A stretch of 23,039 nt of DNA from Candidatus Micrarchaeia archaeon (GTDB taxonomy: Archaea; Micrarchaeota; Micrarchaeia; Anstonellales; Bilamarchaeaceae): positions 1-23,039 of the forward strand of contig JBKHJL010000016.1 in assembly GCA_046538155.1 (NCBI GenBank). Direction: 5' to 3'. The first letter of the stretch is position 1. Every line of letters begins with the position of its first letter. Positions 16,564 through 23,039 of this stretch are shown piece after piece. The position numbers and the translations under genes are program-made. Below the pieces are notes generated by a model, which ran no database searches, was not told where the DNA came from, and saw only the letters and a program-made list of their open reading frames with translations.

Positions 16564-17829
16564 TTACTCCGTTCCCTCCTGCCAGCTGTTGAGATACTCC
16601 TCCTGCTCAGATGTGAGTGAATCTATCCTTATCCCAATTGCATCAAGCTGGAGCATTGCAATGTCGTTATCTATTTTTTCCGGGAGAGTAATCACCGAGG
16701 GCTTCAGCTCACCCTTGTTTTTCACAAGATATTCGCATGCAAGGGACTGGCCTGCAAAAGAAGTTGCCATCACTTCAGAGGGGTGGCCCTCTGCTGCGCC
16801 GAGGTTTACCAGCCTCCCTCCTGCACAGAGATAAACTTTCTTTCCGCCAATAGTAAATTCTTCAAGTGCAGGGCGCATCTCTCTTATGCTGTCCGCAGCT
16901 TCCCGGAGTCCCGAAACATCTATTTCAACATCAAAATGCCCTGAGTTTGCAAAAAGGGCACCATCCTTCATTCTCCGGATGTGGTCAATGGAAATTACGT
17001 TCTTGTCCCCGGTAACCGTGAGGAAAACATCTCCAATCTCTGCCGCCTCTGACATGGGCATCACCATATATCCGTCATAGTGTGCCTGCAATGCACGGAA
17101 CGGGTCGACCTCAGTTACGATTACCTTGGCCCCCATGCCTTCTGCGCGCAGTGCCACCCCCTTTCCACAATCACCATATCCTGCAACCACAAATACTTTT
17201 CCTGCAAGCAATACATTGGAGGCACGGAGTATACCATCAATGGTGGACTGTCCTGTCCCATAATAGTTGTCCAGGAGATGCTTGGTTTTGTTGTCATTTA
17301 CTGCAACTACAGGATATTTCAGGGCGCCGTCCGCTTCCATTGCATGAAGGCGGATTACTCCCGTGGTTGTTTCCTCACACCCTCCAATCATGGAATCAAT
17401 GAGTTCAGTCTTTTTGGTATGGATTGTGGTAATCAGGTCTCCGCCGTCATCTATTGTAATCCTGGGCTTTATTGAGAGCACGCTTTCCAGGTAACGGTAA
17501 TAATCCTCAGTTGTTTCACCCTTATACCCATAAACAGAAAAGCCGTCCTCCGCAAGTGCTGCAGCAACATCATCCTGAGTGGAAAGAGGATTGCATCCTG
17601 CAATTGCAACATCCGCCCCGCCTTCCCTGAGGGTGTGCACAAGGACTGCGGTTTCCTTTGTAATGTGAAGGGCAAGGCCCACTGCAATACCTTCAAACGG
17701 TTTTTCATCTGAAAACCTTTTCTTTATTTTATTCATTATGGGCATATGGGCAAATGCCCAGTCAATATTTTTCCTTCCCTGCTCTGCAAGGGAAACGTCC
17801 TTAACTTCGAAATTCTCTCCTGTATCCAT
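16564..17829 (-). CDS. ahcY: Adenosylhomocysteinase (SAH hydrolase)
   Basis: CNPLSTQDD, DDGGDL, EETTTG, KHLLDNYYGTGQS, GYGDCGKG, NSGHFDVEI, GRLVNLGAAEGHP and an archaeal-type SWQEGT end. An AGGTG RBS precedes ATG 17829. Confidence 0.98.
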   Translation of the reverse strand: MDTGENFEVKDVSLAEQGRKNIDWAFAHMPIMNKIKKRFSDEKPFEGIAVGLALHITKETAVLVHTLREGGADVAIAGCNPLSTQDDVAAALAEDGFSVYGYKGETTEDYYRYLESVLSIKPRITIDDGGDLITTIHTKKTELIDSMIGGCEETTTGVIRLHAMEADGALKYPVVAVNDNKTKHLLDNYYGTGQSTIDGILRASNVLLAGKVFVVAGYGDCGKGVALRAEGMGAKVIVTEVDPFRALQAHYDGYMVMPMSEAAEIGDVFLTVTGDKNVISIDHIRRMKDGALFANSGHFDVEIDVSGLREAADSIREMRPALEEFTIGGKKVYLCAGGRLVNLGAAEGHPSEVMATSFAGQSLACEYLVKNKGELKPSVITLPEKIDNDIAMLQLDAIGIRIDSLTSEQEEYLNSWQEGTE

Positions 17830-17870
17830 AACAACACCTGCAAAAAGCAGAAACTGCATAAATATGTTTC

Positions 17871-17894
17871 ATAAGAATTATATAAGCTTCTTAT
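17871..17894. promoter_or_regulatory. Bidirectional promoter between ahcY and the deaminase: a palindromic TTATATAA flanked by an inverted repeat
   Basis: ATAAGAA-TTATATAA-GC-TTCTTAT. The TATA box at 17878-17885 is 31 nt from ATG 17917 and 48 nt from ATG 17829. Confidence 0.6.
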
Positions 17895-17916
17895 ATGCTT
17901 CTGCGCAAGTTTAACT

Positions 17917-19206
17917 ATGGGCCTTCTCATTAAAGGAGCAAAAATCATTACCCAAAACCCGAACCGCGAAACCATGGAAGGGGATATCCTAATTGAAGGA
18001 GGAAGAATTGCAAAAGCAGGGAAAGGTCTTCCGAAGGAAGGGGTGGAGAAAGTACTGGATGGAAAGGGGAAGATAGTGTTTCCCGGGCTGGTCAATGCAC
18101 ACACCCATGGGGCGATGGGGCTGCTGAGAGGATATGGAGAGGGGCTCCCCCTGCACAGGTGGCTGGAGGAGAAAATCTGGCCGGCTGAAGAAAAGCTGAA
18201 CAAAGAAGATATTTACTGGGGGACCCTGCTGGGGGCAATTGAAATGGTAAGGAGTGGGACAACCTGCTTCAACGAAATGTACATGTTCGGAATAAGGCAC
18301 ATGGTGGATGCAGTATCTGAAGTGGGGATTCGCGCGGTGCTCGGGAAAGGAGTTTATGACAAATCCGGGGAGAGAAGCGCGGAAAGCGAGATGAAAGAGC
18401 TGGAGAAAAAGACAGGGGAAATCAGGAACATGCATCCACGGGTGAAAATGGGGGTCGCGGCTCATTCTGTTTATACCTGCTCTGGGGAGCTGCTCAGGGA
18501 AGCAAAGAAATTTGCAAAAAAAGAAGGGATGGTTTTCCATATGCATGCAGGAGAAACGCGGGAAGAGATTTTCCGGGCACTGAAAGAAAAAAAAATGAGG
18601 CCGGTGGAGTACCTGGATTCGCTCGGGCTAGTGGATTCTGGCTCTGTGCTCGCCCATATGGGCTGGGTTACCAAGCGTGAGATTTCCATTGCAGGAAAAA
18701 AAGGGGCGAACATTGTGCACTGCCCGGTAAGCAACCTGAAGCTTGCAACAGGGGGAATATGTCCTGTTCCAGAATTTGAGGAGAGCGGGGCAAACGTTGC
18801 CCTTGGCACGGACGGGGCTGCAAGCAACAATTCCCTGGACATGCTGGAAACCATGAAATACGCCTTGCTCATGCAAAAGCACAGATACTGGGATGCTGGA
18901 AGGTATCCTGAAGAAAACGCCTGGGATGCTGCCACAATTAATGGAGCAGGGGCGCTGGGGATTGATGGGGGAAGCATTGCAGAGGGAAAGGTTGCAGACA
19001 TGGTTTTTGCAGATGCAAAGGCAGTTAACCTTGCCCCGCTACACAGAGACCTGCGCTCAATAATCTACTCAATAAATCCGGGAAACATAACTGATGTAAT
19101 GGTGGACGGGAGATTCATACTGGAAAACAGGAAAATGACTTTTGTGGATGAAGAAAAAATCGTAGAAAAAGCCACGGATGTGGCGCATGACCTGGTGGAG
19201 CGCTGA
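17917..19206 (+). CDS. mtaD: Amidohydrolase of the 5'-methylthioadenosine / S-adenosylhomocysteine / 5'-deoxyadenosine deaminase type (MtaD/DadD)
   Basis: PGLVNAHTHGAMGLLRG, WLEEKIWPAE, SGTTCFNEMY, HSVYT, HMHAGET, HCPVSNLKLA and LGTDGAASNNSLD motifs. Divergent from ahcY. Confidence 0.85.
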   Translation: MGLLIKGAKIITQNPNRETMEGDILIEGGRIAKAGKGLPKEGVEKVLDGKGKIVFPGLVNAHTHGAMGLLRGYGEGLPLHRWLEEKIWPAEEKLNKEDIYWGTLLGAIEMVRSGTTCFNEMYMFGIRHMVDAVSEVGIRAVLGKGVYDKSGERSAESEMKELEKKTGEIRNMHPRVKMGVAAHSVYTCSGELLREAKKFAKKEGMVFHMHAGETREEIFRALKEKKMRPVEYLDSLGLVDSGSVLAHMGWVTKREISIAGKKGANIVHCPVSNLKLATGGICPVPEFEESGANVALGTDGAASNNSLDMLETMKYALLMQKHRYWDAGRYPEENAWDAATINGAGALGIDGGSIAEGKVADMVFADAKAVNLAPLHRDLRSIIYSINPGNITDVMVDGRFILENRKMTFVDEEKIVEKATDVAHDLVER

Positions 19207-19841
19207 TGCATGAGCACGTGACCTGGGAAATGGTTGAAAACTGGATTAAAGAAAGGGAACCGGAGCCTCACCGCTCCGGAGAAATGGGCAGCTCCATTAT
19301 AGAAGTGGAAAAAGGGATGATTGGGCTGAAGCACCCAAAAACAGGGCTTGTGCAATTCATGAACCCAAAGGATTTGGGAATTGAAAAACTGAGCCCGGAA
19401 GCGGAAATCATTTCCCACAAAAAGGACGATGGGCATTACCTTGTTTACCTGATTAATCCTGGCTCGGACAAGCTGGTTCTGCTTGAGCTGATTATGGAAA
19501 AAAAGGCATTCGGGATTTACCCGAAAAACTTTGAGCTGGAAGAGGAGCTTTCGGAAGAAAATTATGCAATCCTGGACGATGAGACTGCTGCAATATGCAC
19601 CAGCAGGGTGCTTTTTGTTGTGCGCGGGGAAAGGCACATCGGCATAACCCTTGAGAAAGCAGGCATGGGAAAAATAAAAAATCCGGTTTTTGGAACAGGA
19701 GAAAGCGAAAACCATCTCTGGCTTGCGGTTATGGAAAAGGGAGGGAGCGAGGTGCTGCTGGTCTGCCTCACAGATAAAGATTTGGGATATGTTGTCAGGA
19801 AAAAGGAGGATGGTTTCAGGGGGAAGAAGCCTCTGGACTGA
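19206..19841 (+). CDS. Hypothetical protein, translationally coupled to the deaminase
   Basis: 211 aa. TGATG stop/start overlap with a GGTGGAG RBS. Codon style is like its neighbours. No motif recognised. Confidence 0.75.
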   Translation: MHEHVTWEMVENWIKEREPEPHRSGEMGSSIIEVEKGMIGLKHPKTGLVQFMNPKDLGIEKLSPEAEIISHKKDDGHYLVYLINPGSDKLVLLELIMEKKAFGIYPKNFELEEELSEENYAILDDETAAICTSRVLFVVRGERHIGITLEKAGMGKIKNPVFGTGESENHLWLAVMEKGGSEVLLVCLTDKDLGYVVRKKEDGFRGKKPLD

Positions 19842-19869
19842 GTTTGCAGGAATTGTGTTTTTAGATATG

Positions 19870-19877
19870 TTTATAAA
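19870..19877 (+). promoter_or_regulatory. TATA box upstream of the radical SAM gene
   Basis: TTTATAAA lies about 21-27 nt before ATG 19899/19905 with no RBS, which fits a leaderless mRNA. Confidence 0.55.
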
Positions 19878-19898
19878 TGTAGATTGAGTAAAACACCT

Positions 19899-20882
19899 AT
19901 GGCCATGGAAGCTCACATAACCCACATAGAGCTTGAAAAATGCAACAGAGGATGCTCCCACTGCGCTTCAGCAGCCCATCCCAGGCTGGAGGCACCGGAA
20001 TTGGACGAACTCGGGAAATGGCTTGAGGCTGTGCCCCCGGACAAAAAAGTGGTTATAACAGGGGGGGAACCGTTCTTTTACCAGGACCCTAATGGAAAAT
20101 GCGGACTGGGCGGACTGCTCAGAATGCTCCTGGAACACAGGCAGATTCAAAACCTGATGGTGGTGAGCTCCGGAATCAGGGCAACTTCCAGCAGGGAGAG
20201 GGCAGCAGAACAAAACATTGCATCACTGGGGAAAAGGGAGTTGAAAAGGCTGCAAATGGTTGTGAGCGCAAGCAACTTCCCAAGGGTAAACAAAAACCCT
20301 GAGAAAAAAATAAAGGCAGCAAGAGAAATGCAGAAGCGGCTTCTGCGGCTTTGTGTCCAAAACGGAATTGAAGTAGAGATAATCTCTTTTCTTGGGAAAA
20401 CTGTGCTGCGGGACGAGCTTGTTTTGCCGGTTATTGGCGAATCAGATAATTTTCCTGAAGAAAAATTGGGGATAAACTACAGAAACAAGCCTGCAATACT
20501 GGGAAGGCAAATTGCCTCAGTAGGAAAGGAAGGCGGAGAATACACTGACCTGGGAATTACTTATGGGTGCATGGCAAGAGGGGAGAACCTGGACCTGGGG
20601 GTTGCTCCGGACGGCGCAGTCATCCCGGGAAAATGCTACTCGTTTGTGAGCTCTTTTGTGGAAATAGCCAACATCAGAAAAGAAGGTGCGGAAGAGATAA
20701 GAGAAAAGGCGCGTCTCTTCAGGAAAAGGCTGCGGGAAAAATTCAGGATTGGGAAATCCGGAGGGAAGGAGCCATCCTGCCTAAGGTGCCTGGAGCTTGC
20801 CCCCAACCTACGCCAACCTGAGCGCTGCAAGGCAGTAGTTGGCAAAAATAATTTCAAAAAAGTGCTTAAAAACAGAAAATAA
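19899..20882 (+). CDS. Radical SAM protein with a SPASM/twitch-like C-terminal Cys motif
   Basis: CNRGCSHC (CxxxCxxC) at 19941-19964 and ITGGEPF. The C-terminus has C...LGVAPDGAVIPGKC...IANIR...CLRC. Confidence 0.88.
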   Translation: MAMEAHITHIELEKCNRGCSHCASAAHPRLEAPELDELGKWLEAVPPDKKVVITGGEPFFYQDPNGKCGLGGLLRMLLEHRQIQNLMVVSSGIRATSSRERAAEQNIASLGKRELKRLQMVVSASNFPRVNKNPEKKIKAAREMQKRLLRLCVQNGIEVEIISFLGKTVLRDELVLPVIGESDNFPEEKLGINYRNKPAILGRQIASVGKEGGEYTDLGITYGCMARGENLDLGVAPDGAVIPGKCYSFVSSFVEIANIRKEGAEEIREKARLFRKRLREKFRIGKSGGKEPSCLRCLELAPNLRQPERCKAVVGKNNFKKVLKNRK

Positions 20883-20909
20883 AAAAAGAAAAAAACAGAA
20901 AGAAAAAAG
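20881..20909 (-). terminator. Oligo-T terminator of the rpl1-rpl10-rpl12 operon
   Basis: About 29 nt of nearly pure A on the + strand (T tracts on the - strand), right after the rpl12 stop. Confidence 0.65.
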
Positions 20910-20913
20910 ATGT

Positions 20914-21243
20914 CTAACCGAAGAGGTTTGCAAGCCCTTCTGCTGCCTGCTCTTCCTTCTTTTCCTCGGTAGGTTCTTCCTCTTCCTTCTTTTCTTCCTT
21001 CTTCTCGCCGCCTTCTGCAGGTACTGCAGGGGCTGCGGCAGGAGCTGCTGCAACAGTTGCAACATTCTCAAGGAGTTCTTCAAAATTCACATCCTTGACT
21101 GCATCCGAAAGCACCTTGGCCTTTGCCTCATCAGGCTCACCGCCTGCTGCCTTCACCACAGCTACTATTCCATCCTGGGAAACTTCCTTCCCGGTTCCGT
21201 GCAGCACAAGCACGGCATGCAAATATGGGTCTACTTTTGTCAT
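20914..21243 (-). CDS. rpl12: 50S ribosomal stalk protein P1 (L12)
   Basis: YLHAVLVLH, KAAGGEPDEAKAKVL, an Ala/Pro hinge and an acidic tail ending EGLANLFG. GGAGG spacing favours ATG 21243 over 21249. Confidence 0.96.
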   Translation of the reverse strand: MTKVDPYLHAVLVLHGTGKEVSQDGIVAVVKAAGGEPDEAKAKVLSDAVKDVNFEELLENVATVAAAPAAAPAVPAEGGEKKEEKKEEEEPTEEKKEEQAAEGLANLFG

Positions 21244-21245
21244 CT

Positions 21246-22307
21246 TCATTCCTCCTTTCTTGCATCCTCTGCCTTCTTTTCAGAAGGAGCTTCGGATGCT
21301 TTTTCCTCCCCCTTAGGGGATTCTTCAGTTTTCTTTTCCGGCGGCTTTTCCTCTCCGCCTTCTTCAGCACCCCCTTCTTTGGGTGCTGACTCCTCCGTGC
21401 CTTCGGATGGTTTTTCCTCAGGCACAGCTGCCGGCTTATCCGGCACTGAATCAGATAGAGCCAACCCGGCCCTAAGGGACCGGGAGAGAAGCTGCTCTAT
21501 TGATTGTGGAGTGTAAATTGAGCCATTCACTGCCGTATTCATTCCCTGGGATGCTGCCCGGGTAAGCAGAACCTCTATGTTCTGCACTGTGGGCACCTCC
21601 GCATTTACCGAGAGGTTGAATGCATCCTGCAGAGATGAAACAAACTCCGGTGCAATAGATTCGGCAGAAATGTCCAGGATTTCCGGCGTGTAGATGTACT
21701 TCCCGTCATATGCAAGGAGAATGTCCACCTTGGCCTTGAAAGGTTTGAAGCCCAGGGTGCCCAGGGCCTTCGCTTTTTCTTCAGTTATCTCTTCGCCCTT
21801 TCCAACAACCTTGGAATCCTTGGCAACAGAAATCTTGGGGCCGCGTATTTGGGCATTTATCCCGGCAGCCTTGAGCTCGGAGAGCGCAGGGCCGGGCGGG
21901 AGATCTGTTTCACCTTCCGGAACAATTATGTCCTCCGGGGCAATCTGTCCCGGCTTTGCAATAATATCCAGGGTGTGTTCCCTGAAGAACTTGCTCAGCT
22001 CAGATGGGGAAAGTTCATTTCCAAGCACCATTGCGGCAGGCTTGTCAAAAAGCTCTGCAAGCTCCTTTGGCCTGCCCGCTGCTTCAAGTGCGCGGGTAAT
22101 CACTGCGGACTTGGCCACTTTTATTTTAGTATCCTTTGCCCTCAGCTCCTTGCGGACCTGCTGGAGAAGCTTGTCCGGGAGCTTCCTGAGGTCTATTATG
22201 ATTATGTTCTTGTTTGCGGAGAGGTCCTCCGTGAGTCTCTTGACCTGGGCCTTCTTCTTTTCCAGCTCCGGTCGTACCCTCTCTTTCTTTTCTTCAGCTT
22301 CGGCCAT
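21246..22307 (-). CDS. rpl10: 50S ribosomal protein uL10 (P0)
   Basis: LQQVRKELR, KVAKSAVITRAL, and the domain II motif AKPGQIAPEDIIVPEGETDLPPGP. Lies between rpl1 and rpl12, with an AGGTGA RBS. Confidence 0.96.
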   Translation of the reverse strand: MAEAEEKKERVRPELEKKKAQVKRLTEDLSANKNIIIIDLRKLPDKLLQQVRKELRAKDTKIKVAKSAVITRALEAAGRPKELAELFDKPAAMVLGNELSPSELSKFFREHTLDIIAKPGQIAPEDIIVPEGETDLPPGPALSELKAAGINAQIRGPKISVAKDSKVVGKGEEITEEKAKALGTLGFKPFKAKVDILLAYDGKYIYTPEILDISAESIAPEFVSSLQDAFNLSVNAEVPTVQNIEVLLTRAASQGMNTAVNGSIYTPQSIEQLLSRSLRAGLALSDSVPDKPAAVPEEKPSEGTEESAPKEGGAEEGGEEKPPEKKTEESPKGEEKASEAPSEKKAEDARKEE

Positions 22308-22308
22308 T

Positions 22309-22944
22309 TCACATCACCTTTACTGCCTTGCCCATCGTAAGCTTCACGTAGGCAGACTTTATGCTTGAAGGTCCTGTCTTGTTCTTTATTGCCTCGTGGA
22401 CTGCCTCAATGTTCTCTGCAATCTCCTTTGGCTCCATATTCTCAGCGCCCACAAGTACCTGGGCCACTGGCATGTATTTGCCTTTTGAAGCAATGCGCAC
22501 TGAGCGCTTTGCAACTTTTATCGCGTTCTCCGTGTTCCCCACCAGCGGCTTGGGCATCTTGGCCCTTACTGCAAGATACTGCCCGAAATTCTTTGCCACC
22601 TGACCGATAAGGTTGGGCTGGGCAAGGAATACGGATTCCGAAACAAGCTTCTTGAGCTTCTCGGGGTTCTCTTTGTATTCCACCATCTCATCCACGGAAA
22701 GCACGGAATCCGCACCTGCTTTCTTTGCAGTGCTTCCCATGTCCGCTTCAGCGATTATCACGACCTTGGGCTCCTTGCTGCCCTTCCCATTCGGAAGCGG
22801 AACATCAAGATTAAGCCTGTTTTCCGGTTTGGAAAAATCAATGCCCCTGAAGTTGAATATTGCTTCAACTGACTGGGTGAAATTCCTTTTTCCTTTCTCC
22901 TTCAGCATCTCCTCGATGCCTTCTAACAACTTTTTCCTGTCCAT
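22309..22944 (-). CDS. rpl1: 50S ribosomal protein uL1
   Basis: KRNFTQSVEAIFNFRGID, LPNG, KMPKP, VGAENM and YVKLTMG motifs. GGAGG RBS. Confidence 0.97.
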   Translation of the reverse strand: MDRKKLLEGIEEMLKEKGKRNFTQSVEAIFNFRGIDFSKPENRLNLDVPLPNGKGSKEPKVVIIAEADMGSTAKKAGADSVLSVDEMVEYKENPEKLKKLVSESVFLAQPNLIGQVAKNFGQYLAVRAKMPKPLVGNTENAIKVAKRSVRIASKGKYMPVAQVLVGAENMEPKEIAENIEAVHEAIKNKTGPSSIKSAYVKLTMGKAVKVM

Positions 22945-22990
22945 TCAATCCCTCCTGCTACCAGCAGTGCTTGCGGGCAGAAATTGACTG
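22942..22990 (-). promoter_or_regulatory. Candidate uL1-binding autoregulatory leader hairpin that sequesters the RBS
   Basis: mRNA reads UCAAUUUC-ugcccgcaagca-CUGCU-ggu-AGCAG-ga-GGGAUUGA-AUG. Two stems are separated by an asymmetric loop with GA on one side. Confidence 0.55.
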
Positions 22991-23012
22991 TGGGGTATTT
23001 GTATTATAGAAA

Positions 23013-23023
23013 TATTTATAAAA
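23013..23023 (-). promoter_or_regulatory. TATA box of the rpl1 operon
   Basis: TTTTATAAATA on the minus strand, about 70 nt upstream of the rpl1 ATG. This predicts a leader of about 45-50 nt that would contain the hairpin. Confidence 0.65.
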
Positions 23024-23039
23024 CACTCGACTCGTTAAA

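Noticed and set aside
19065..19961. 298-aa minus-strand ORF
   Set aside because: It overlaps three plus-strand genes. The plus-strand 19206..19841 ORF has an RBS, translational coupling and normal composition.
20881..21420. Low-complexity A-rich and CTT-rich tracts as possible repeats or a CRISPR array
   Set aside because: They are explained by the oligo-T terminator and the acidic tails of P1 and P0. No regularly spaced direct repeats were seen here or elsewhere in the window.
20839..22368. Plus-strand ORFs of 225 aa and 224 aa
   Set aside because: They are antisense shadows of rpl12 and rpl10. Their apparent hydrophobicity comes from the reverse complement of Glu/Lys codons.

Overview
A densely packed, mostly housekeeping window from an archaeal chromosome. 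Archaeal markers are ABCE1, Alba, aIF-1A, aIF-2beta, RIO1, the uL1-uL10(P0)-P1 operon, TATA-box promoters and GGTGA/GGAGG ribosome-binding sites. The compact layout and divergent proteins suggest a DPANN lineage such as Micrarchaeota, but that is inference only. About 22 CDS are supportable. Translation genes: ABCE1, a non-discriminating AspRS, ArgRS, aIF-2beta, aIF-1A, RIO1, rpl1, rpl10 and rpl12. Metabolic and other genes: ornithine carbamoyltransferase, a divergent pair of SAH hydrolase and MTA/SAH deaminase followed by a radical SAM gene, a TctA-family permease and an orphan receiver domain. The left 6 kb is uncharacterised. It holds a 5'-truncated protein of more than 1500 aa whose C-terminal half looks like amphipathic beta-barrel strands, a possible SecB-like protein, a stand-alone voltage-sensor-like membrane protein and an exported Cys-containing protein. 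I saw no tRNA, rRNA, CRISPR array or mobile element. The best leads are the giant beta-rich protein, the pore-less voltage-sensor-like protein, the SAM by-product salvage cluster and a candidate L1 autoregulatory RNA in the rpl1 leader. All family calls come from motif recognition by eye, not from database searches.
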